Of a stretch of DNA of 64,000 nucleotides, positions 27,622 through 40,400 are shown piece by piece; within the stretch, counting starts at the first letter, position 1, and each line of letters begins with the position of its first letter. The position numbers and the translations under genes are program-made. This stretch comes from Pelomyxa schiedti. Lineage: Eukaryota; Protista; Evosea. The notes below the pieces were generated by a model. It had not been told where the DNA came from. It did not search any database and saw nothing but the letters and a program-made list of their open reading frames with translations. Where the stretch lies: the NCBI GenBank assembly GCA_020536535.1, contig JAHLWZ010000814.1:1-64000 (forward strand). Direction: 5' to 3'.

Positions 27622-30600
27622 TCAAGATAGAAGAGGGCCACAGTACATGAATGTGGCCTTACCATCACAAAAGCTTAGGCCGTCATTGCTTACGCGGACT
27701 GAGGCTAGTGTTGGCCCACCGGTGGCGAATGTGTTGGTGTGTGGTACTGTGCATATCAATGTACCTTGATAGAGGTAGGGTGGGTGAGAAATTTCGGTTG
27801 TTTGGTTAGTTGTGTGGAAGATAGAGCGTTTAGTGAAATGACTGTGGGGTGTACCTTGTTCATGGAATGTGGGTATGATTACACTGTCATTGAAAGCAAC
27901 GCGTAGTGCGGGTGTGTTGAGGAAATTGGTACCAAGTACAACAACCCTTGTTCCGGGGGGGCCTGCTTGTGGCAGAACCTCAATTACAGTAGGAGCCGGT
28001 TGTCCACTAGCTAAAGCGGATGATTTAGGTATTGGCACAGAGAATGTTCTGTAGAAACCTTCTTTTCTTTCATTCAGATACAGGGTATGTGAGAATACTT
28101 CAATTGGATCGGATAATGCAGTGGCACCCTGTACTGTGAAGAAATCGTTGCCAATGTAACTGTAGAAGACGAAATAAGGGCAAAGTAATTGGAAGAGTAG
28201 GCGCAACTGTTTTAAGGTAAATCGTACACAAAATTGTGTTCCTTGTTGCTGTGTAGTGCACAAAATTTTTAATCTTTTGAATGTTGCAAACACACCGGCT
28301 GATATCTGCCATAGCATAAATATCGAGCTTGTTTGTAATCAAACTTACCCTGACTATTTTTGTTCCCTCCAAGAAAGTTGGTAACTCAGTTTCGTTATCT
28401 GAGCGCCATAGAGTAGCTTCAATGAACAAGTTCTCAGTGGACAACTGTGCAGTAGGTCCAATCATCATCACTGATGGAAATGGACGTAAAATCCGTTGAT
28501 AAACGGTTTTGTTGGGTGGCTGTCTGGCGATTTTTAGTGAGAGTGAGCCAGACAGAGGTGAGGGTTGGGTGGAAGTAGGTGTTGTTGGTGGTGGAGGCGG
28601 TGGAGGTGCAGGTGTTGTGTTGGGTGCGGATGAGGGGTGTGGTGGAGCTGGTGTTAGTGATGCAGGCTCATTTGCTCTTGAGTATGGTTTGGAAGCTGTT
28701 TATTGCAACGTTAGTCATTCGATGGTTTTTTTGTTGTTGTGTTTCATTACATTTGGTGTATCTTCTTCTTGGAACCACAGGTCCTGAGGATTGTAAACGA
28801 GGTGATAAATTTAATGGTGAAAGCGTTGGTGAAATTGAAGGTGTGTGAGTTGGTGTCGTGGGAGCAGAAGGAACTATCGAAAAATTCTGGGAAAGACAGG
28901 GTGGAGGGGTAACAGTTGTTGGAAGGTTACTTGGAAGCTGTGAAGGTGATTGTGTGGGAGGTGTAGAAGTGGGCGAATTAACAAATGAAGGGAATGTGGG
29001 TGTGAGGGTTACTTGTGAGTTGAAGGTTGGTACACAATTAAGTTGATTTTGTTGCGTTTGTCCTGTCTGATAGTATGGTGAATTGTACACAAGAGTATGA
29101 GGTTGAAGAAGAGGAGCCATGAGAGTGGTTGGTGTATATGTCTGTTGCGTGTACTCTGGGGGTTCAAAGAGACCCTGTTGCTGGAGTTGTTGTTGCACTT
29201 GCATATGCTGAAGTTGAAGTCTTTGCTGCTGCACATTGGGTTGGGTTCCGCCGCAAATGGGGGTGGGTGCTGGGGTTTGCTGGCTCGAGTCAACAGGTAA
29301 GAGAAAGTCATCAGAGGACTGAGGGAAGATATCGAAGACATCGTTTTGTTGTTCAGGTTGTAGTGGTACAGGGAGAATGTTTGCTGCGCTTTCTGCATGC
29401 AGTGGTGGTGTGAGTGCTGGTGGTGTGGATGGAGGTGGTGTCATTGGCGGTGGTGTTTGTGCAGAGTCTGGGGCAATAGCTTGTTTGATAAAAACAGCAA
29501 CATGCCCTTCGACCTTCATTTTTGTATGAGAAAGGAAGCGACCAAAAAAAAAAAAAAAACCTGTAGAAGTAAATGCAACCGAGCCAACTGATTGGGGCTT
29601 AATTGGCAGATCAGGTCCGTGAAGGAAAGAAGCTCCCCAAGGGGTAACCGAAGAAGTTCCAGGAAAAACACGATGGTCTTGGAAAAGTTACATGACAAGT
29701 TATCTGAGTTGGTGATAATGGGTGGGTACCTCATGAGGAAGGTGTGGAATCATCTTCATCATGGTCGATCTCTGCACAGTATGTGGGACACGAAGGAGGG
29801 CTGCATTGCAGTGCTCCAGCAAAGAGTGATCAACATAGGTGAGGAGTGTGTCACGGATTTTATGTATGAATTCCAGGGATAAGTGAAAAGTGTATGGTGG
29901 TGGTATGGCATGCAAAGTCAGACGAAGAAGTTGAAGTTGTGTTACACTTTGCAGTAGTTGCTGTACTTCAACAAAGTCAAACAAAGTGTTTATTGACTCA
30001 GCACTACAACCACCAGTCATTGCCTCAACTTGAAGGGTATCGGTCTGCAAAACAATAAATAAACTCAAGAAAGCAACAAAACACGATGCAGAGAGAATAG
30101 TAATCAACGTTATAATTGAAACAGACCTTGTCACCAAGCCGCCAAGCCACAATCAATTCCAGCACCGCGGGCTTCTTTTGTATCTCGTCCAGAAGAGCGG
30201 GGACTTCCGAAAGCATCCTTTGTACCACGGTCAACCTGTCCACAGGCTCGGAATCCAGCAGGTTTGGAGTAGTTGCGATGCTTGGTGACAAGGACAACGA
30301 TGGCGGGTCACCCTCCCCGCCCCCAGGCAGCACCCCAGGAGACACCCCAGGAGTGTTGATCACAGGCGAGTAGGATAGCCTCGAAGCCCTTGGCGGTGTG
30401 GATGTCACAGGAGAAGGTGCAGGTGAAGGTGAAGGTGACCGCGAGGGTGGCACACCCATCTGCGCTTGGTTCTGGCTAGTCTGCTGCTGGATCCCGTGAG
30501 ATTGGCCAACAACAGCAGGGTTTCTGCCAAGGGACTGAGGCCTCGGGGTCAAAGAATCCAACAGCAGGAGTGACTTCATGTCCCTGCAAGCCAAGTCGTG

Positions 30601-31224
30601 CAGCGCCCAGTACAGCTGAGCCAAGTCACTCGACGTCGCCCTCCGTATAGCATCACTATCTCCCTCGTACCCACCGCACCCATAACCCATTCCCATGCCC
30701 ATTGTTCCCATCCCCATCCCCATCGCCCCCATTCCCATAATCCCGAACGAGGCCTCGGACAAGGGCGTGGGCTGGGCCTGCTGCTCCTGCTGCAGGGGCG
30801 GGGGGTCGCAGAAGGCCAGCATGTGGCGCGGGGTGTAGAAGGACGGCGAGGAGACGCGGTGCGAGGGCGACGCGGGCTCGGAGCGCACGGTGGCCGCCCC
30901 GAGGCTGCCGCTGCTCGAGGTCCGCGCAAAGTGCAGCGACGACGGCGACGAGGACGACGACGACAGCGACAGCGTCAGCGGCGAGTGCGTGGGGTTGCTG
31001 CTGAGAGTGGCTGTCGACAGGGACGGCGACGGGTTGCACAGCCCGCCGCTGGTGTTGAGGCTGTTGCTGTTGTTGCTGTTGCTGTTGGGGTTGGTGTTGG
31101 TGTTGTAGGAGGACGAGGAGGAGGAGGAGGAAACTCCGAGGTCGGAGGTTGTGGGGGTCGAGCCGCCGCTCATTGGCGTGGGCGACGGCGAGTTTGTGGG
31201 GGTGAAGTTTCGTTCTGGCTTCAT
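27622..31224 (-). CDS. Probable transcription factor: S/P-rich N-terminus, helical domain, Q/P/T-rich linker, velvet/STAT/Rel-like Ig-fold DBD and C-terminal IPT/TIG domain
   Basis: Exons splice in frame (e.g. LHLLLQ|VEGHVAVF). QPPNKTVYQRILRPFPSVM...LEGTKIVR|ISAGVFATFKRLKI...FCVRFTLK...SDPIEVFSH, then IPT PTVIEVLPQAGPPGTRVVVLGTNF...VRVSNDG...FMY. Confidence 0.75.
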
Positions 31225-31504
31225 AATCGATCGATACCGATGACAACAGATCGCCGGGCAGGGCGAGAAGGCGGGGCCGACGAAACCAATTTAAAATAAA
31301 ATAAAAATAATCAACCTTTGATGTTTCTTTTGGTACAGCATTTGCGGGAACAGCAAACATTGTTTTACCTTAATTTGATTGGTCTCAGAACGGTACCAAG
31401 GTTATCAGCCCCTAACTCAATTCTCTAAAACACCGTCACCCTACACATTGTTTTATGTCTTGAATGCAGAGCTATGGAATGAGTGAAATGGAAATGACTT
31501 TGTC

Positions 31505-32853
31505 TTAGTCTGATGTGGGGCTTTGGAGAAAGGATAGAATGAGACCATTGACTATGTCTGGCTTTTCAAGAAGTACTGTGTGACCGGCATCTTCAATGAC
31601 ATGCACAGTTGCCTTTTTTTTTTTGTTGTGGTTGTGGGGTTAATACCTTTCTGTTTTTTAGAACTACACACACATGGGGAACAAGGGTCCTTAAGGCAGC
31701 CACTGGCTTTTGAGGGGGTACCGTTTGGTCTTGAGCTCCCCATATCACAAGAACCGGGGTGGATTTAGGTATGCTTGCAAATGCCGGGGATAATTTTTGT
31801 AGTGGGAAGTAACACATCGTACTATAAAATGCATTCTATTGCCTTTAGGGTATGAAAGTAGTGGGTTTCTTACCAAGAATCCATCTTTCTCTGTAATCGC
31901 CTTAAAATGTATGTTAGTTTTGGAGAAAAGAAAGATACAGGTACTGACCCATTCAGTGTAGTGCAGTAACTTGTGCGAAAGTTCGTCAGGAGGGAGATTC
32001 TTGAAATCATTTGATAAACCATAAGTTCTGAGGCGAGATAACATGGCGTCTTTGCCGTATGTGTTGAATACCCACGGTCCGATAAGGGGAGTGTACATGA
32101 GCCTTTGAAGTTATTTAAAAAGGAAGGTTTGATGCTGAGAAACCATGAATATAACCACGCAGACCACCGCATATCAAAGGGCATGCCTGCAGTGCCGATG
32201 AAAACAAGTCTCTCTATTCGGCTTGGGTGGTGCAGGCACAATGAAGCTGTTATGGCACCTTAAAGCAACATCACGTGAAAGGAGTGCTATTTAGAGGCAT
32301 TAACTTTACCACCCTGAGTTGGAAATGAGTATTTATTATAAGTATTTTTCAGATAAAACACACAAGTGAAAAGCCTATGACAGTTGCTTTCGCAATGTGT
32401 AAGTGATCAAGGAGCCGGACAGCTTGACCCACAAACAAGGCGTCATCATAAGTCTCAGGTGGGGAGTCAGAGTTTCCTCTCCCATACAAATCTGGTAACA
32501 ACATAATAGCACAACAACAGCCCATGAAATTTCAAGAATTTTCAAAAACATGCAATACCAAATAGAACAACCCTGAAACCAGCAGCAACCAGTACCTCTT
32601 TGATGTAATCAAAAACAAAACTGGGCCTAACGCTTCGAGTCAAAACAAGCATACAGAACTGGAATAATAAACGCACTGTGTAAGGCCGTGAATGCACAGC
32701 ACGACTTTGCCACCGTCTGATTACCCATAATGGAAAAAAAAGGTAAGTACCGCGGCACAATCCCCATAACCACGCCACACCACTGCCGTGCACAGAATAG
32801 CTCGTTCGGTGTCCCGGCTCCCCAAAAAATTCTTCACTGTGTGTTGCTGCCAT
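31505..32853 (-). CDS. Alpha/beta hydrolase (Abhydrolase_1 type)
   Basis: VLCIHG, DLYGRGNSDSP, nucleophile elbow in IGFSLGG context, VLVIWGAQDQTVP (Asp), IEDAGHTVLLEKP (His). Confidence 0.9.
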
Positions 32854-33109
32854 TGAGGGCACACAGAAACGCAAAGTTACTTGGAATACATTCGAGTTGA
32901 TTGATTTCGCTGAAGACGCAAAAAAAAGGAAGAAAGCGCAACAGACCCCTTTTATCAAGCACAATCACAAGGACCAGATTTTTCTCAACAAAGGAAGCTT
33001 ACCTGTTGTGTATCTTTTTTTTATTGTAATTGCTCTTACAGGCAGAAAGAGCTTGCAGAAAGTTCTATTTCTACAGCCTAGTAAAGAACGTGGGACGGAT
33101 AGTTTGTCC

Positions 33110-36100
33110 TCAGAGGATGATAATAAGGCCAACCAAGCTCAACAGCAGGAGCAACGAGGCAACAGCACCCAAAGACTGGGCTGAGCACAACCACAGCTTC
33201 CCGCTTCCATCACACTCACCGTCAGGGTACTCATCCACAGACGCCGCGGCTTCGTCGCAGCCGAGTGCTGCTGATGAGTAGCTCGTGAACGTGACCAATC
33301 CTCGCTCGCCGTCGCCAGTTGTGTGTGTGCACTTTAGTGACCAGCACCCGCCCTTGTTGTTGCACAGGCAGTCGCCGCCTCGGTAGAAGAACACCTCGGT
33401 GATTTCCTCAAGGTTGCAGCTATCACTTCCGGATGACAACAAAACGGCTCTGCGTGTTTGTCAGTTAGTTCGTTGACAGAGTAACTTTCGGAGCGATATG
33501 GATAACTCACCCTCCCTCGAAGGTGGTTCCTGCCTCGGAGATTGATGACTGGTCCAGGCAGGTCTGGTTGAGGTACGTGCCTGATTCCTCATCCTCGACG
33601 TTGCAGTTTCCATCCTCGGAATACCCACAGAATCTTGTGAGTGTGCCTTGAACATAAACCGGTACACCACTGCAATCTTTTTTTTCAGGGAAGAGGTCAG
33701 TTCAGTTTTGGCCATGGTTGATTGATTCATAAAGAGATATGTTCATTCAATTGAGTTCTGGGGACTAACCATCATCGTCGATGAGAATCTCCACGTTGTA
33801 TCTGATGAGATCGTTGAACGCGCCACAGCTGGAAATCTGATAGTACTCCGTGTTCAGCTCATCGTCAAATGAGCTCCCCTGGTCATTGCACACAGTGGAA
33901 GGCACTCTGGTGGGTGTGACAATGTCATATGAGTAATAAACAGACTCGAGTGATGTTGGGCACTCTGTTCCGGCGAATGTTGCAAGCTGTGTGTTGTGAT
34001 TACAATATCTAGCAAAGAGGAATTATCAGCATACAGTGACTTCGGCATTGTCAATGCTGCAATAAGAGAGGAATGCATAATATGTGGTATCCATGGCCAT
34101 GCAGTCAAGGTTGTACCACGATGTGTATGCAACGTTCCCAGTGCAAGTGCTGTCCGTGAACCATAAAATCTCAACGGGGCTGTTCCAGTGATTGAGTGGA
34201 ACAAGAAAAGGAGAAATCCCACATACTCATCAGTGAAGTAGTCACCACCCTGTGGGTCGTCGCCAATCTCGCGGCACACAGCCTCGTAAAAAGACGAGCC
34301 AAGGGTTCCGTTTAATTCTTGACAGAACGGGTTGATGTATGTCACAATCCGGTAGATCGGGTCTGTGTTTCGTGGTTATTTTCGATGGGAACGTGTACTT
34401 GCCACAAACCATCTTCGTCATACAAGTGCATCTTCACGACTTGCCACATGTTGTTGGGTGAAAGGCAGAAGTAATCTGTCGTGTAAGATTCCGTGTTCAC
34501 ACCAACAGGTGTCACTGAATAAATCGTCGAGGTTCCCGTGCAGTCGGCTGTTGAGGAGTATGACAATGTCTGCAGAGAAAAATGAGCAATAAGAACGTGA
34601 AAAAATGAAAGAAGTGTTACCGAAATGGAACCATCAAATGTGGAAGTCTCCCAAGTGCACAAGTGGGAATAACTTGCTGCTGCAGTCTGGTGTGGAACGC
34701 ACCCTGGGTTATATCCCCATGTGCTGTCAACTGTGTCGTCATCAGTGTCGATGACATGAACAACATAGGCACTGTTTTGGGTGGTGAGGAGAATTTGTGA
34801 TAGGGTCAATCATACTCGTCCCACAGGCTGTATACGTCGGGTTCATCGGCAGTGCAGGCAGCAACCTGAACGTAGTTGCTGGAGGCATAAGTCCAACCAA
34901 TGTTGTACTCCACGCAGTTCTCAGACCAGAAGTAGTGCACCTCAATCACCTTGTCGGAGGTCGTTTCTGTGAGTGATAGTCAGCTCATCCAAAATGTAAA
35001 ACAAAGGTGGTTGAGAGTGTGAGAGATGAGAGAAACGACAATGCCATACCTACCCACTACATTTGGTCCAGGGAACGAATAAATAGCCTGCCAAGCCGCG
35101 TTGGCTGGGGCACATTCCACAGTCATATACGAGCCGCTTTTTTCATCCCAGAAGCAACCATCGGGATATCCGCTCCACCTCGTGGCGTCAACTTCCTCAG
35201 AGAAATAAGAGCACGAACCTCGGCACTCGTCAAGTGTGTCTGCGTCGCAGCTGTAAACCTGTTGTTAAATGTTGTCAGGGTTTTCTTGGAAGGACTTGGG
35301 TACGGAGGGGAATACCTCAATGTCGGCCTTCGACTCGTCGGCAGAGCACATGACGTGATAAGAGTCGGTTGTGATGTCAGAGTTGTGGCACTCGGGTGAA
35401 TAATAAGTCCAGTGGTTAGTGGATGTCGTGCATGTCGAGTCTGAGAACCGGCTCACGGTGATCGGCCTGTGTGTACGTTCGTGAGATGTGGTGGGTGGAA
35501 GAAAAAGAGCTCTCACATGTCAATGTCGATTGTAAGTGTGTCAATTGAAGCTTGGCATGAGTAGTGAAGGGCGAAGTTAGAGGATGTTGGTTCAACTTCA
35601 GTGCAGTACTGTGTGTAAAAAACTTCAACGGAAATAAGCTCCGCTGCACAGTCCAAAAAGTCAGTGAATGAAGAACAAAAGAGGAAGGAACGGAGGATGA
35701 TATGTGATGTGCCGTCGAGGGCGAGTGAGTACGGAGAGAGGGAATGGAGAAGAGAGAAAGTACTCTTTGCGGTGTCAGTGTATGTCTTGATGATCTGATA
35801 GCCCGGGTTGGGTGGATCACAGTGAAGCTCGAAGTAACTGTCGTCTGCGTAATATGCGGGGTAGCAGTAATCTACAACATGGGTGGGGGAGCTATCCTCC
35901 AGGTAGAAGTAAGACCCGCCGGTGCAGTTGGAATCGCCTCCTTGATAAAGCTGGTGTTGTGGTTAAGAAGGAGGAATTTGAGAAACAAAAGGAATCTACC
36001 TGAAGGCTTGCAGCATCGGCATTTGAGCTGCAGTCAAAGTGCCAGTAACCCTTGGATGTGTCCACATCCGCAACACAGTCTCTGTTCATTGCCCTCCTGT

Positions 36101-37726
36101 ACAACCAGTCCCTGCTTTCTCCACACGTTGATGCTTCAACGCCGTAATACACATTCAGGAGTGCACTGAGGTTTCAGTTAGAGACATCAACAACCAACAC
36201 CAACAAAACGCAACTCGTTCCAATAGTCATCAAACGGATCAGGCAGTGTGTCCAAGTCGGTGCACAACCAGTTCTGAAACATTTCACTGTCAGTTGCAGA
36301 GACTGTCTTTGTCTCACAGTAATGGGAGAAATACTGTTCGGTCATCATGGTAGTTGCTGTGGGCTTTGAGTAATCCTTTGAGCACAACGTAAAAAAGAAT
36401 CACACCTGTTGCGTCAGCACCGGCGTGATACTCCACAGTCTGGTACTTTTCATTGGTCACCTGGTTCTTCGACAAAGTGTACCACACTTCCTCATACGTA
36501 CTATAGCAACCTGGGACCATCCAGTCACCACCCTTGGAAATGTAATCCACACTTAAGTAGACACCAGTGCAATCCATGGAAGAAAAGGACTCAAAGTTCA
36601 GAGAGGAGCTGCTTTCAACGACTTTGAGTGAAGTGGATGAGAGTGCCAGGCAAGATGATTTCCATAATTGGGTCGTGAAGACGTCACCACTGCAGAAGTT
36701 ATCATTGGTGTCAATGTACTGCAGAACAAATGGCCTGTATGCAAGTGAGCGAAGAAAGAAACGAGGAAAAAAGGCATACGGGTTTGTGGTGTCAGGGATC
36801 AGAATCGTCGGTTCAGGCTCGATGTCTGTGCAAGACAAAGTCTCTTTCCACACAAAACCAGGACCACATTCATAAGCATCCTGAATGACGCAATCGTCCG
36901 TGTAGAAGTATTCATACCCGAGGATTGGAGACCCGACACACGTGGCACCTGTTGTTTTCTTTGAGAAAGAAGGAATTCCCAACAACAGGACACACTCGAA
37001 TCATGCTCGATGGCATAGTACGTGATGAGCTGATAGCCTGGAATTTTGGTGTCGCAATTGAGGGCATACCATTCTTCGGAATCATAATAGAAAACCTCAC
37101 CCCATCTGTTGTAGGAGGATGGTGTGATATCATCGTAGTGAGATCCAGTTATGCAATCTGAATCTGAAGAGTAGCTGTATTTCTGAGAGAGCTCAGCTCT
37201 GGTGTGGTAAAAAAGTAGCCTTACACACAGAGAGTTTTCCAGTTAACTCATCACAAACCCAGCCTCGGTAAGAGCCAGACCAGATAGACATCACACAGGA
37301 TTTCTCCACCACAATGAAGCCAGTGACTTTGGTTCCCAACATATCAGACCAAATGGTTGAAGAGTAATACCTGGACATCAGTGGAAAGGAATGGACTGTG
37401 AGGTTCGAAACCAAGTCGAGAACACATACTCATCCTCAAAATAGGAGTCCATGTCAGGCATTTGGTCGTGGCATTTTACCAGCCAGTTGTAGTCATACCC
37501 AGAATAGCAGTATGATGTCTCACTACACGAGGACGTCTCGAGTACCTCAACATAAATCAGGCTGTTGCACGTAGAATAATCTAAAGAACAATGAGGAACT
37601 CAAAAAAAAACGAGGGGGAAAAAGAGTGTGCGTACCAGACATTTCGTAGTAGAGGTGTTCTTCCCAGACTGCAGTCGATGTGCCCAGAAACAGAACAAAG
37701 GAAGATAAAACCAACCGGTACTCCAT
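33110..37726 (-). CDS. Large secreted/GPI-type surface protein of seven tandem Cys/Tyr-rich modules
   Basis: Signal peptide MEYRLVLSSFVLFLGTSTA; repeated modules with spaced Cys (e.g. CVGSPILGYEYFYTDDC, DCSGVPVYVQGTLTRFC); hydrophobic C-terminus SAQSLGAVASLLLLLSLVGLIIIL*. The exon junctions traced are in frame. Confidence 0.78.
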
Positions 37727-38005
37727 TCGTTGCGTGTTTTATTTATGTGGGTGTGTTGCTTGTTGGTGCTAAAAAGTTAGCACCGCCACGACATTACTTC
37801 AGGAAAACCCAAACAAAGGAAGTTTATTATTGTTTGTCGTTGTTTGCTGCGTTGGTGGCTTGTACCTTGTTGTTGTTTGTTGTGTTGGGGATGGTTGAGT
37901 TTTCAGTTGAGGGGGTTGGCGCTTGGGTGTTGGACTGGTTTTGAGCTCGTAACAACGCCAAGTCCAGTGCCACCCCCCTACACCACCACCTTTATTTTTG
38001 CCATA

Positions 38006-38022
38006 GGGGGGGGGGGGGGGGG
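38006..38022. repeat. G17 homopolymer
   Basis: Run of 17 G upstream of the helicase pseudogene. Confidence 0.9.
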
Positions 38023-38149
38023 CTCCAAATCCCTTACAAACACCTCGGACAGTGTGGGTGCCGCAGAGAAAAGAGGTGTAGAGTGTAGACCTGGGCAAGA
38101 AAACGTGGGACTGTGTTGTGGCTTTGCGACCGTACTTGTTTGTTGTTAG

Positions 38150-39200
38150 GGTGCTTGTGTTAAGGCCTAGAAAAGGAATCGCGGTTCACTGGCAGTGGTG
38201 GCATATCTCCTGGCAGGTATCTTTGTGCCCTTCCTACCTCTACACCGCTATTGTACATTAATGCACAGCCAATCCTGAGTCTCACATCAAAAATACATGC
38301 CTACAACAAGGAGTCGAAATTGTAATTGCAACCCCTGGTCGCCTGAACGACATGCTCGAGGGAAGAGCACTTTGTTCTGGATGAAGCTGATAGGTAACAC
38401 ATATCTCCCACCTTTGTTTTCCTCCCCTCACGAATTCAGATATGGGATTTGAAGGTTTGAAAAGAATCGTTGGACAGTTTTGCCCAGACATACAGACAGA
38501 CAAGATAAGACAGACACTTATGTGGACTGCCACATGTGAGTTTTCCCTTCATACATTCTTCCAGATGATCTTCAAAGGGCCAGAGGAAATACAAAAGATT
38601 GCAGCTGAGTTTCTTGTGGATCCTATCACAGTAAGCATCTCAACTATTTTGTGCTTTAACTTTAACAAGTAGGTTACAGTTGGTTAACTTCAACTCATGC
38701 AACACACACGGTCCGACAAGTTCTGGAAGTACACACTGAAACTGACAAAAAAGACAAGCAGAAGCTCTTTTTTCACAATACAATTCACCATTACTGCAGG
38801 CTGATGAAACTTCTCGAAATAAAATACTGGATGGATCAAAAATTCTCATACAAAAAAAAATAAACGATGGATACTCTGACAAGATCTTTGAGAACAGATG
38901 GCTATCCTGCCCTTTCAATGCATGGGGGTCGGTATCCCACCTTTGTTATTCCTTCCGACTATTTTTTAGATAAAACTCAACAGCAGGATAGGATGACTCC
39001 CATTTTGATTGCCACAGATGTTGCAGCTAGGGCTTGGTAAGGTAGCTCTATTCAACAAAACCGAAACTAAAACTTGTACGCAAAACTTCTGGCTCTGTCT
39101 TCCCAGCAGACATCCTGTGGCATTGTATTGGTTTTCGTTTCGGAAGAGAGGTGCTCCTAAAGCTGTTGGATGTCACCTTTTAGTAGCTTGTTGGCAGTGC
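38150..39200 (+). pseudogene. Degenerate DBP2/DDX5-like DEAD-box helicase
   Basis: Motifs VLVLRPR (Ia), VEIVIATPGRLNDML, FVLDEADR, MGFE, RQTLMWTAT, LRTDGYPALSMHG and TPILIATDVAAR appear in order but in different frames, with deletions between them. Intron remnants persist. Confidence 0.8.
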
Positions 39201-40129
39201 AGCCTGTGATTGGAAACCAATGAGAGGAGGGGCCCGACATTGGCAACGCATTTGTGAGCGTTGTTGCCACAGGTGGCAAGTGCGAGAGGACTGACTGGCA
39301 TGGTGGCAGTAGCATTGCTGTTTGCAGTTGTAATTGTAGTCCCGGTCTCTGTTGCTTGTGCGGAATTGTGTGCGGTTGTATTTTATAGTTGTGGTATCTG
39401 TGACTCATGTGGGGTTGACTGCGACTTGTGGCAGTGTTATATTTGTGGTTGTAAATATTGTGTGTAGTTGTTGTTGCGAATACGATATGATTGTCGGAGG
39501 TGGGATGACGGTAAACGTCGCCGTGCGTCGTGCGGCGATTCAAATGGTGAATGAAGAACCACTGATCGTCATGAAAACCACCATCCCACTGCACCCAGCA
39601 AAAAGCCACGCACGAGCTACTACCACGACACACAAGGAGAAAGGGAATTGTGGGGGAAAACAAAAAGCACGTATAAGCACTAAAGAGAGGACCAACAATA
39701 AGAGCAGATTTCCTCCGGGTTTTCCAGGAAAAAAAACCGAAAAACCCATAATGTCCCCTCGGGGAAAATACCGGATACTATAAGGAGGAAAGAGACCTTG
39801 GAATGTGGAATGGGTTCGTATTTGGATGGGATGATCGAAACGCATCGATAGTACACGAGGATGCATCTGGGCCCTGGCCAGGCTTTCGGCGCGTCTCTTG
39901 TTCAGTGAGGGGTGTTTTGACGTCAGAACAAACAATTCACAGTGCAGGCTGTTGTCCAAAGTTGGTGAGAAATCCACCAACAACCATTTTTGACTGTACA
40001 AAGCTGAACAAAGAAACACTTTTTACAAAAAAGCCCCATCTGATGTGAATTCACAACCCAGGAGCACCGTGGGGTGGTCCATTCCACATTTTTTTTTTCC
40101 TTGATGTCAAGTCCTCTGGCCTACTTCCC

Positions 40130-40400
40130 ACCTACTTGAAGCCTTGCAGCATCAGCATTTGCCCAGCTGCCATCAAAGTGTCAGTAAAGTCATCATCATG
40201 GTATGAAATCCACACGACTGTAACGTACTGTTGTAGCTACATTTCGTAAACACATCCCACAAGTATGGAAAACTAAAGTTTTTTCGATTGCTGTCCCACA
40301 ATCGCCCGACTGTGTGTGGCACCTGTGATCATTGGTTCGTGTGTTCATAGTGGTTGGCCCAACGCCAGCCAATTTGATTGCGTCACAGGAATCTTGTTTT
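40130..40400 (-). pseudogene. Decayed fragment paralogous to module 3 of the surface-protein gene
   Basis: 40138 gaagccttgcagcatcagcatttgcccagctgccatcaaagtgtcagtaa aligns to 36002 gaaggcttgcagcatcggcatttgagctgcagtcaaagtgccagtaa (HFDGSWANADAARLQ vs HFDCSSNADAASLQ), with the same gtag donor. Surrounding frames are broken. Confidence 0.7.

Noticed and set aside
30576-31360. Multiple long overlapping ORFs on both strands
   Set aside because: A by-product of high GC and trinucleotide low complexity in the first exon of the transcription-factor gene.
39300-39467. Small ORF resembling a signal peptide plus a 10-Cys peptide (MVAVALLFAVVIVVPVSVACAELC...CKYCV)
   Set aside because: It lies antisense to an A/C-rich (Thr/Asn/Gln-coding-like) degenerate sequence, which automatically gives Val/Cys-rich frames. 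It sits in a pseudogene island with no independent support.
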